Of a stretch of DNA of 64,000 nucleotides, positions 1-10,582 are shown piece after piece. Made by a program: the position numbers and the translations under genes. The stretch is taken from positions 124,001-188,000 of the forward strand of contig JAUGWO010000102.1 in the NCBI GenBank assembly GCA_049724395.1, given 5' to 3'. The stretch is from Spongospora subterranea f. sp. subterranea (Eukaryota). The number at the start of each line of letters is the position of its first letter. Within the stretch, counting starts at the first letter, position 1. Below the pieces are notes generated by a model. The model made no database searches. It had not been told where the DNA came from and worked only from the letters and a program-made list of their open reading frames with translations.

Positions 1-453
1 TAATCTAAAGTTTACTGCTGTACGTTTTTTAAGCGGTTTGTTGGGAACCAGAGCGTTCTCCATCAAGCAAATCTGGCACGAAGAAGTCATCGTTTAGAAA
101 ACTGTCTTGCGAGAGCTCATGAACAAGGGCTCAGATTCATTGACGTGTTCAAAGACTGGAGAGAACGCGACCAACGAATATACGAACTGGGTCAGTAGAT
201 ATTCCATAGTTTTCGATCCATCGGTGACCAGCATCGCTTAGGAGTCAAAAGCTATCGAGCTTCGTGTTGGAGATTGTTCATCAATTCGATAGGGCTTACT
301 GAACAGTCCATACAAGAGCGTTCCATTGCCGAACTTTGTCAGGCATACGCCAATCTAGGAGGTCACCTGCCTAGTCTCGAGCCTGTTGGAGAACAATCGT
401 TGAGGCAAATGCTGTGGCGGTTTTTAATGTATGCTTCCCCACTTCCCAGCTAG
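1..453 (+). CDS. 3' end of a hypothetical protein gene (partial)
   Basis: Exon ~34-190 (…RAHEQGLRFIDVFKDWRERDQRIYEL), GT-AG intron ~191-242, then an open exon GVKSYRASCWRLF…MYASPLPS ending in TAG at 451-453. Confidence 0.6.
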
Positions 454-527
454 ACAATACACATCCCCAACGTTATATATGAATAAAAAAATCGGTTGAG
501 CATCTATCAACCCGAAAGTCTTAACAA

Positions 528-1006
528 CTATAAACAGTTGTATTTTTTATTTGATCCTCGAGAAAGCTCTATAGGATATTTGATACCATTCTTTTTTATC
601 TTGTCAAGAACCGCTTCAGAAAGATCAATATTGCAACGATCTGCGAGGCGGACTAAATACAATAGTACGTCAGATAATTCTTCTCCCAAATGCACTTTTT
701 CTTCAGCAGAAAATTCTGAACAGAGAGTCAATTGCGTCCTCAAAAGCTTCGATGCACTAACCGGGAAGGCCAACCTGACATTCGCCTTTCCACTGGAATA
801 CTTCAGACAGCTCGCCTACTTCGCCAACCTGCAGGTTTTGTAAACTGAATGACTACCGGTAGTAGTGCGACTTACAAGAGCTAGCATTCATTCCTTGGCG
901 TATGAAACTTTTCCCAATCTCGGTCGGAAGCAAATTGAGCCATGTCATTCCGAATATTTTCTAGCGATAAAGCCGACCAAGCCACATGATTATTGTTCTG
1001 CGGCAT
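528..1006 (-). CDS. DCTPP1: dCTP pyrophosphatase 1 (MazG-like)
   Basis: Spliced ORF pieces FASDRDWEKFHTPRN, VGEVGELSEVFQW, LGEELSDVLLYLVRLADRCNIDL and KYPIELSRGSNKKY. Confidence 0.9.
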
Positions 1007-1443
1007 GACGGGATAATGACGTTTCAAAATTGTGGACAGTATTACGCGCGACGCACCATCCATGGGGGGTACATTACATTTCAGTGAAGGGTATTGTACA
1101 TCCGACCAAGGATTACGGTAATCGCTGCTGGCTAGCGTACCCGGTGGAAAACCGGGATTGCTAAATGCTCTGGCATATAGGAGTACCAAGCATACCGTTT
1201 ACCATACCCGCTGTGCTGCAACTCGTTTCGCGATTGGAAAATGTTTGATTTCGCTATAACGCAGTTTTGGCTTTGTTAGGGTTTCTTTGTTTTTTCTTAA
1301 TTCTTCATGCTTTAGGGGGGGTCAGGTGTAGTTTTTACCGGCTACAAACAAGGCAAAGCTACACAACTGAACTGACTCTAATATGTTTCCGAATATCTCT
1401 CAGCAATAATTCGCAGGATAGAACAATATCACTTCATTTAAAA

Positions 1444-2038
1444 TTACAGATCTCGTTCTTCTAAGGAGGTATTTGGAGCGACCTTCTCAGAGAGAAATGT
1501 ACTAATATCATCAACGGACCATGATTCAGCAGGAATTTTTTCAACTTCACCTGTATTCGTGGTCACTTCAATAAACATGCTGAATCCCCGTACATCCTAT
1601 GTAAAAAATCACTTTCTTGATATGATCATGTCATCAACAATGCTGAGATGAGATCACATACACGAATTTTAACACTTGGAAACTTCTTAGGGATTGACTG
1701 TACGAACGTGGCTAGTTCAGGATTGGATCTGAATCTACACGAACAGTAGACAAACGAAGCCGACGTATACAGCGGCTGATCAACAACATCATCTGATGTA
1801 CAACAGGATAAACACTCTTTGACTATTGCCTCTCCATCAGGAACTTGTTTCAACAAATTACACGTACTGCATTTCAATAGGGATTCATCGAATCCTGTAA
1901 TCATTGAATTTCTTAAAGCAACACGATTCACAAGCCCATCTGACCATTTTCCGCACATTTCGTCACAGGACTTTCTTGCGAATTACTTTCGATAAAAATT
2001 ATCATGAAAAGAATCATAAAGACCTGCATTGTTGTCAT
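1444..2038 (-). CDS. SELENOF: Sep15/selenoprotein F homolog, cysteine form, with signal peptide
   Basis: Hydrophobic N-terminus, GF…L.CSTC…CLSCC Cys-rich domain, CSC redox motif, Sep15-like C-terminal exon, ends ERDL*. Confidence 0.8.
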
Positions 2039-2203
2039 TGTTCGACAGTTTTGCTTGATATTGTTTTATCCAGAGCTATGGGCAATGGGAACTGGCGTCC
2101 CTGACTTGATCAAACGCCTGTCACCATCATACATATATACATTCAAGTGACTCAAACAGTCTCATGCGCTTTTCTGGTTGGCGCGGCCACGTCCAATTCC
2201 AAC

Positions 2204-2758
2204 ATGGTCAATGCCGATGGGCGATTCGTTATCAGTACTAAAGCTAACCTAGCCGAATCTTCCCTACATTTACTGCCGTGTTCGATTGAATACGATGGAC
2301 TAGCGAACATAAAGTTGCGTCATTTTACTACTAACGCTCAACTTCTAACGGCTGCTTCGCATTTAGGCAGTTTTTTCATCCTTCTGACAGAGAGGATGGT
2401 TTGAAAACCGCCTGCTTCCGAGGAAGACAGATAACTGGAACCAATCTACAACTGAGTAATGATTCTATGGGTGTATGTTTTGAATCAGATCGAATGAACA
2501 CGGAATGGAAGGTTAATTTAATCAAAATCCATAACAGCTGAGATTCACCACATTTATAGGCGAAAAGCCAGTTTCACAGTATTACAGTTTGGAGCCCAGA
2601 TGATAGCATCAAGGAAGCGCAACATTTCCCGACATCTGTGCCATTATGGCTCAGAATTTCAAAAGCAGTGAGTTTATGAGTTCAAAAGTAAGATTTCTCT
2701 CACTTTTTTGCAGATACACGACCCTAATGAAGCAATTTCTAGAGCAAATATCCAATAA
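2204..2758 (+). CDS. RNASEH2C: Ribonuclease H2 subunit C
   Basis: HLLPCSIEYDGLA, FRGRQITG and terminal IHDP motifs across short introns. Confidence 0.85.
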
Positions 2759-2891
2759 AATTAGCTGGGAAATAAATACCTACAGTATTGAAGGCCTCAT
2801 CAGTCATCAGTGTCAGGCACGTTGGCTGCGCCGTCGTAACGACGGAGTATTTCGTGATATTCTGATCATTGCTCTTTGAAGCGGCGAACCG

Positions 2892-3391
2892 ATGCAAGAC
2901 GTTAGTCGATGGAACATCATATATCCCATTTACATGGACAGTACAAAAAAGATCGCTGAAGGCCGCAAAATTCCTCTTTCGAAAGCCGTCTCCAAGCCAA
3001 CTCTTCACGAATGCATCCAACTCTGTAAATTCCTAAAGCTGCCACATCAAGTAGAAGTACGACCTCCCAGTTTAATGTCTCATATTTTTTTCACCTTGTT
3101 TTCGCTGTAGAGTAAGTGTTATTCCCGAGATTTTTTCCAAGTTGGTCGGCTCCGTGTTTGTCTTAAAAACGAAGATGGTTCTCCGATTCTTCCTGAATTT
3201 CCGAAGAGTATTATTGTCTTCGTCAATATTCGAGCGACTTATGGTGTATTTTAGGGCAAGATTTACTTATTGAAATGGCATCAAAAATCCCTAAATTAAA
3301 GTCTCGTCTTGAGTCTGCTGTTGCACCAGTAGAGACACAAGTGGCAACAAAAGCAAAAAAAGGCAAAAAAGGAAGAAAAGCGAAAAAATAA
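2892..3391 (+). CDS. SRP19: Signal recognition particle 19 kDa protein
   Basis: RWNIIYPIYMDSTKKIAEGRKIP, YSRD…GRLRV, Lys-rich tail. Confidence 0.93.
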
Positions 3392-3486
3392 ACGCTACAT
3401 GGTTTTGTGGAGTGTCTGAACCAATTAATCAAATGGGTAGTATGATGACCTTTTTTAATCTTGCTTCAGGTTTTATTGCTGGACAA

Positions 3487-4923
3487 TTAAATTGGCTCTT
3501 GGTACTGAACACATTTACATAGCTGGGGTGCAATGACACGTCGTATTTGGCAGATTGAGTCCAAATCGAGGCTACACGATGCTATATCTAAATGTTGTAA
3601 TTTTGGAGCAAGTCCTTCCGGATGAGGACGTTTCGACAAAGTCAATTTCTGGGCAGTTAATCTCACATCCTTCAGGGTTAATCGGATGAGGTTTGCAAAG
3701 TGGCCACAACTTGATAAGGGTGTCGATACATCGGGGAACTCCATGATTCGACCAAACGCGATATGTAAATCTTCTAAATATCGGCATCCTTTCAATATTT
3801 GCTCGAAAAACAAGATCGCCTTCTCTTTTATCGAGATTGGCCAGCCTCTTCTTTCAGAAGATGATTTCAATCCTGAATCAAATCCTCTAATATGTAGCTT
3901 CTTCAGTCTCACGAAGGGACGCAATGGTTGTAGTGTCTCGTCTAGGTGTATGATTGGAACCAACAATTCTTCTAGTTCCGGTATCCAGCCTGCCGATACG
4001 GCAGAATGCATCAGACGACAAGTTGTGATGACGATGGTTATCTTGGCACTATTTCAAAAAATCAATCACCTGTGGAAAGCTATGGTCTCCATACCCACAA
4101 TTTCAAACTTGCGAAGCAAAATCGTTGCGTTGAAGCAACCGCGAGCTTCCCGAAGACTATCTCGAATCCATTGCAGATGCATTTGGGAGAATGTTCTTGT
4201 CCTTGTTATTTGAGACGGTATCGTGAGAGACTCAAGATCAGGCGAGCGCTGCATGATTTTTGTCAGGCCTTCCATTGGGGCACGTTTTCCACTACATGTT
4301 TCAGTGAGGTGAAGGTGCTTCAATCGCCCGGCAGCTGCAGCTGTTGCCAGCACCGATGATGTAATCGATATTCCCGATAAATAAAGCTCTACCAGATTCG
4401 GGCAGAGCTTTAGTATTCGCTTCATAAAATCGTTTTTTGTCGATATCAAAAACCGCAGCTCCGCCTGCGTCCTAGAACCACCCAAACGAAGGGCAACAAC
4501 AGCATCACCAGGAGCAGCGAAAAGAGACAAACATCTACTTGCAATAGTAATCATAGACATTTGTCGTCGCAAAAAGGTTTTTGCCACACTCATTCCGAGA
4601 AAATCAAGCCGCGACCAATATTTCTTACACCTTGTCAACTGATTCCAGAATCTGCAAACTAAAGGGACGACGCAAATCCTTTCCTTGACCGAAATCATGT
4701 TGACAATGTGACACATAATATCAACGATTTGTGCTTCCCCATCTAGAACTTTTGGAATTGTACTGCTCCGCAAAACGACACGCTGCAATAACTTTTTTTC
4801 CAGGATCACCACAGCGGAATTTCGATCCAGTGCCTGCACAATCCTTCGTGCTTGCCCCATCTTGGCGAATGCTCGATTAGAGGTCGGCTTCATCGATACG
4901 CCATGCGTGTTCGCGTTCATCAT
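3487..4923 (-). CDS. F-box/leucine-rich repeat protein
   Basis: F-box-like IMCHIVNMI…VPLVCRFWNQL…W followed by LRR-like CPNLVELYL, LKHLHL, LEDLHI, LQHLDI; the two ORFs are in the same frame and joined by an intron near 3990-4100. Confidence 0.75.
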
Positions 4924-5293
4924 GACGTGGGGGAGGATGGAAGCGTGTAACAGGATACCTGGCTGGTAACGAGGATGCTGATCGGTAACTGGAGAGGGTC
5001 ACCTCCCTATGTAGTTACATGGAGATAACTGACGCCAACCTGAGTGCAATACATATAATGAAGTACGTGCAGACAAAGAAGCGTTCTGAATATTTTGACA
5101 ATTTCCAGCGCGATTAACAAAATTGGAATAACCCGATTACAGGATGACTGGACTACAAAAGCTTGTTAGACGCAAGCATGGACCAATGGCGGCAATTAGA
5201 TGAAACGATTCAAATAGGGAGTAACACCGAAACCCTTGTAGATATCCAGTCACAGTGGTTATCCAGTAAAAACAAAGGAGAACGACGGCCGGT

Positions 5294-6125
5294 ATGCCTT
5301 CAGAGAGCAGCTCTTCTGGAGACGAATCCGAGGTTCAACTCCAATACAAAGTAGTGGTATTAGGGGATGGAGCTGTGGGAAAAACCTCGGTTTGCCGACG
5401 CTTTACTGATGATAATTTCGCCAACTCCTATAAACAAACAGTGGGATTGGATTTCTTCATAAAGCAGGTGATTTTGGGTAGGCAACTCTAAACATCAGAG
5501 ATAATGCCGATCAACGTTGAAAATAGGGTCGGTTACTGTGGCGCTTCAGATATGGGATATCGGTGGCCAATCAATCGGCAGCGAAATGATCAAAACCTAT
5601 ATATTTGGTGCACATGCAGTTGTCTTTGTTTTCGATATATCCAATTTGGAATCGTTTCAAAACCTAGAAGATTGGATGGGAATTGTCAAAGAAACATTTG
5701 GTGCCGCTGTTCCACATCTGTATCTCGTCGCAAATAAGCGTAATATCAAACATGTCCTCGTAATACATCTGGTCCCTCATCAGTCCTTGCAGAGGATCTT
5801 ATTCATTTGAAAGTCGTCAAACCTCGTGCCCAAGCAGCATTTGCAGAGGCTAACAATATGAACGTCTCGGAGGTGTCTGCAAAATCAGGAGACCAAATCA
5901 ATACTTGTTTCACAAAGATAGCAGCTGATTTGGCAGGGGTCAAGCTTAGCAAACACCAGATGGAAACAGCAACGGTATTCCAAACTACGAGCAGATCTGA
6001 ATACGTTATAATACTATATCCTATAGAAAGTGGTTAAAGCGGAGATCATCAACTATCAACAAAACGATCCTGATGAAAAACCGGTACAGCTGGAAGCTGG
6101 CAAAGGTCGATGCAATATTCAATAG
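5294..6125 (+). CDS. RAB28: Rab28 small GTPase
   Basis: GDGAVGKTS, YKQTVGLDFF, WDIGGQSIG (Rab28-type), NK, VSAKSG, C-terminal CaaX CNIQ*. Confidence 0.88.
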
Positions 6126-6253
6126 ATTAGTATATTTGTAAACTTTATACACCTAATAAACTTCATTCTACGAATTTTTCTTCCAATTGCTGACCTCGGT
6201 TAACGTCTGATTCGCTAAGAGAACTGTTCAAATACCGAAGGCTAGTGGCATCT

Positions 6254-6690
6254 GCGAAATCAAGAACTAAACTGCTGCGCGCATCAGATATTCTGTCACC
6301 AGTGATCGGGACGAGAAAGGCGTCAAAATCTCTCATAACAGCCATAACACGGTTTGAAAACTCATTAGCCGCTTGGCCAGTTTATCTTTGGAAATTGAAT
6401 TTGAGTTGACAGAAGCAGAACTCGTACGGGATACTCTGTTGAATATTCGGCGATGTCGTTTGCCTTATTTTGAAGAGAATTTTCTGATAGTTGCAAAGGA
6501 CAAGTAACTGGAAGGCGATCTCAACTCAAATTCAAAAATCTGCCAAAAATAAACTCGGCAAGCGGCTAATGACTTTCCAAACCGTGTTATGGCTGTGTTG
6601 GGAAATTTCAACGCCCATTTAGTCCCGATCACTGGTGACAGAATATCTGATGCGCGCAGCAGTTTACAGTACAGTAGTTCTTGATTTCGC
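6254..6690. mobile_element. Foldback/MITE-like element with long imperfect inverted arms
   Basis: Arm 6254-6409 is the reverse complement of 6521-6690 (e.g. CTGCTGCGCGCATCAGATATTCTGTCACCAGTGATCGGGAC and its mirror); no coding capacity. Confidence 0.85.
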
Positions 6691-6834
6691 CAACGACACT
6701 ACGAGACACTATGTAGCCCACGGAGTTTTGTATTCGCGACCTGTTGGGTGTTGGTGTCGGCATTGTATGTTGATTATTGCCGATTTGTACTATCAAGGAA
6801 GTTGTGCTATTTTCAGTCATTGCAGAACTGGACG

Positions 6835-9281
6835 ATGGCGGGTCGATCCATATCAGTCGCGGCCACCAACGCTATGAGATCGCGGTTGGGTATGGATCCC
6901 ATTGAGGATCAATCGGAAGATGCCCATGAACGGGCTGCAGTGGATGCCGCCAAGGAACTGAATGCTGCGAAACAGGAGCAGGAGGACATCAAACAAGCCG
7001 CCATGAGAGTGTTAGCACATAAAGAAACACGGCTGTACAATGAAGCTATCAAGGGAAAGACTATATCTGAACTGCATGAAGATATAGGATCATCTTCTGC
7101 CACTGATTGGATCAGTTCCTTAAAAGCAAAGGTCTGCAATTTTGAGGTTAACTCTAATCTTATATTAACTCTCACGCAAACCAGGGACCTCCTAAAGCCC
7201 CAGAATTGCCTAAAAAAAGGACATTTTCGCAAACAACCGGCGCTGGAGCAGATTTGCGAATTAGGCACGATGCTGATGAATTTAACGAAAGGAGAAACTG
7301 TTATTCTGACGCTAAAAGACCGCCGAATAGGTATATTTATGAGTGAACACGCTTCATGTTTTGATGTGCTCATTAGGCGATGAGGATGGCGACGCCGATG
7401 ATGATGAGCTTGAAAACCTGGATATCGTCAAGGATAAAATTGTTCAAAGAAACCTTGATAGAAAGGCCAAAAGACTGAGGTCTGAGAATGAGGAAACCGG
7501 GGAAATACATGTTTTGGAAAAATACGATGAAATCAAAGACGAACTTGATGCTAAAAAGGGTGGTATGGTACTAACAAGCTCTGGTACGTTGTATACTGCA
7601 TGCAGTGTTATAAATTGTTTACAACATTTTTAGGCAGCGTGATTGACAAAGCCGCTTCTATTCGTGCCAAGTTGGCCGGATCATTGGCGACAAATAAGAT
7701 CAGGTACGATTTCGGATCAAGTAGTAGTCGGCCTGCATCGAATGATTTCTACTCGAAGGAAGAACTTGCTACTTCCAAGAAGAGCACTTTAGCTCGTAAA
7801 ATCAGAAAGAAGGTTAAAGCTCCCAGGACTGATCATGTACGTACCGTTATCCTTTTTCTCTACACCAGAAGTAAATTTTGCCCAATATAGGCGAGTATCG
7901 ACTCTGGTAGCATCAGTGCTGATCATGGAAGCCGTGAAACATCAAAGACGACGGTTAAAGCTAGAATTGCAGCGGCTAATTTAGAAATGAAGCTGAAACG
8001 AGAGAAATTTGAGGTCATTGCTACGTATTTATATCGCTACTGTGAAAACTTAATTCGGCACTTTAGAGAGCGATTGCGAAATCCGATTCAAAGTCGCATA
8101 CATTGTTAGATAGTGCCACGTACGTTCCTGAAGACGCCGATGAAGGTTTGGTCTTGCAAGAAACTCTTGCAAGAGCCAACCGGTCAGCGCAACGGAACCG
8201 GCAACTTGAAAAGCAAGTACATGATCAAACTGTACAATCCAAGTTGCCGACCGCCAAAATTTCCGCTGCTGTCATCACGGAAAGGTATTTTCGCAGATTA
8301 GGGCGTAACTAAGTAAAATAACCATCTCTTTTAGTGATAACGATGGCATTATATTCTCTGCTGCCTCAGATTTTATGATCAATGTTCGAGCTAATGCTCA
8401 AGAAGCCAGGCAACCTACCGCGGTCAAAGCCGAGGTCATTGTCCCGACAGTGGAACCGGCAGAAGAAGTCACTGAATCATCTGATGAAGATGCGATGGAT
8501 ATCGATGGCATTGATCGCGGTCCACAGGCATCTGTCAAACAAGAAGAGAGTAGTGAACCATCAGACGAAGAAGTAATAATCATTCAGTCAAATTTGAACG
8601 CTGTTGCATGTTTATGTATATCCAATGTCATAGGATTTAACTTTCATGAAAGATGTTTCCAGCGTTGACGGTGGTATTAGTGGCGCTCTGCGTTTGATTC
8701 GTAGCCGTGGATTGGCAAATCCAAAAGCTCTCCATCCACTGGTTGGAGGGCGGTCGAGGGACGGCCGTTCTGAAGAATATAAGGTGACATTTTCGTCATT
8801 TCTTGACTGATGAAACTGATTTACAGTTCAGGATCCTTTACCTCATGTTCGACTTGATCGTGTTGATGAGTTTGGTCGTTCGATGACACAAAAAGCTGCG
8901 TTTAGAGAGCTGTCTTATCGCTTTCATGGTCATCGTCCTGGTGCAAAAAAGAGAGAAAAGGTATTGAAAGAGCTTGGCCAACAATTGAAGCGCCAAGAAG
9001 CAATTAGTGGAAAGGCAGTCAGTAGCACTCAGCGGTTAAAGTACGTTGTTAAAACAATTCTTTTGGTCGCAACTTAAACCTATCACAGAGATGCAACGTC
9101 CAAGACTGGTCGACATTATGTTGTCATGGATTCAAAATCCGGTGCTTATGGTGGTGTCACCACCCAAAAGCTCTCGATTGATGTCGCCGAACCTGAATCG
9201 GTCGACGTTGGGGAAGAAGAGAGTAGAGCTTATGTTCATGGAAGTAAAAAAGTGGAATTTGCTCTTAACAAGGCTGAATAA
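6835..9281 (+). CDS. SART1: U4/U6.U5 tri-snRNP protein SART1/Snu66
   Basis: HIND motif ISVAATNAMRSRLGMDPI, GETVILTLKD, C-terminal DEFGRSMTQKAAFRELSYRFHGHRPG; multiple short introns. Confidence 0.92.
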
Positions 9282-9455
9282 AAAAAGCTGAATAAAAATA
9301 CTATATATCAAAGTTTTATTTATTCACAAATCTGGAGCAAACCCAATATTAATCAACCTAATATGATGATTCTGCACGGTGCAAGGTATGCAGAAACTAT
9401 GGTTAGCTATTAGTCGGAATTGATTGCAATCTTTGCAAGAACGTTTGTTTGAGCC

Positions 9456-9830
9456 TCATCGCAGAATGTGTACAGTTTTGACGAAACACTGGTGGAATCT
9501 TTTGAAACGTTGATTCGCTTTACTGAGCGCCTTATGATAGGAACTTCCAACATGATGAACAGAGTGACAGAATACAATCAGAACAATGCATCGGTACAAA
9601 ACTTTCTTCGCATTGGGGCAAATTACAGTTGCAGGTAGAGTGGGTTCCTTTGTTGGATAAAACCACATCAATCTGTATCATGATAGTACTAACAACTTCA
9701 TTCTTCTTGGCAATTCTGCAAACTAGAAGAGCCAAACCCTCGTTAGACACTTCATCTGCTGAAGTGGAGGTAGACCCCGCTTCCCATTTGTTTTTGTATG
9801 TTGCGGCATAAGAAGCAAATTCTCAACAGA
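9456..9830 (-). pseudogene. Possible B-box-like zinc finger gene relic
   Basis: C…C…HCSDC…LCSSCW spacing in ORF 9532-9750, but flanked by stops and no coherent gene model. Confidence 0.3.
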
Positions 9831-9860
9831 TACGAATAGCTATGCACTGAGATCTGGAAA

Positions 9861-10022
9861 GACACTTGTCGAGGAGGCACTTGTCGAGAAGACACTTGTC
9901 GAGTAGACACTTGTCGAGAAGACACTTGTCGAGAAGACACTTGTCGAGAAGACACTTGTCGAGAAGACACTTGTCGAGAAGACACTTGTCGAGAAGACAC
10001 TTGTCGAGAAGACACTTGTCGA
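9861..10022. repeat. 15-bp minisatellite (GACACTTGTCGAGAA), 10 full copies plus a partial
   Basis: Head-to-tail copies with only a few substitutions in the first three units; no spacers. Confidence 0.97.
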
Positions 10023-10582
10023 AACACCTCAACGAAACATGGGCCTTTCCAATTCCAATGGCTCAGTTGGACCACATTGCGGATTATCTGCCTCGTTCTC
10101 CTTTGTGGTGGCGTCCACAGATGTCTCTTATCGTGAATAATTTGTTTTCAAAAGTTGCAGCAGCCCAACCTCATCAATTCTGACTTTGAACCATGACCCT
10201 GCTGTCATAATCAGTCATGCCAAGCCCAGTGTTATCGAACGCGATAGTGCTCAACTGAATCCAAGAAGTTTTGTGACTCGGCTGATTTCGTGAAGAATGC
10301 GTGTTAACTTTGAGTAAAGACCGCCTTGGTACATTATGGCAGTCATAAATTATCATTTTGATCCAACATCAACAGCCAAACGATGCTCATATTCGCTGTG
10401 GGGAAGGCGTCAAGTTAAATTCATCGCCCCCCTGTTCAACCATGGCATTGATTTTTACAGTACGGTTAACAAAATTATGGTGGGATATGGCTCAGCAGTA
10501 GGAAATTTGGTAATTTGGGCCCAAAGGTTCCTCTACTCATTCGGTGTGAGAAACCAAGCAGGGTATTTTATATTTTGAACGA

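Noticed and set aside
4049..4069. 21-nt GT-AG mini-intron or UGA readthrough in the F-box/LRR gene
   Set aside because: Ordinary introns of 57 or 105 nt (the latter GTATGG…GCAG) also remove both stops in frame; RNA data are needed
9861..10022. CRISPR array
   Set aside because: Units are contiguous 15-mers with no unique spacers, there are no cas genes, and the context is eukaryotic
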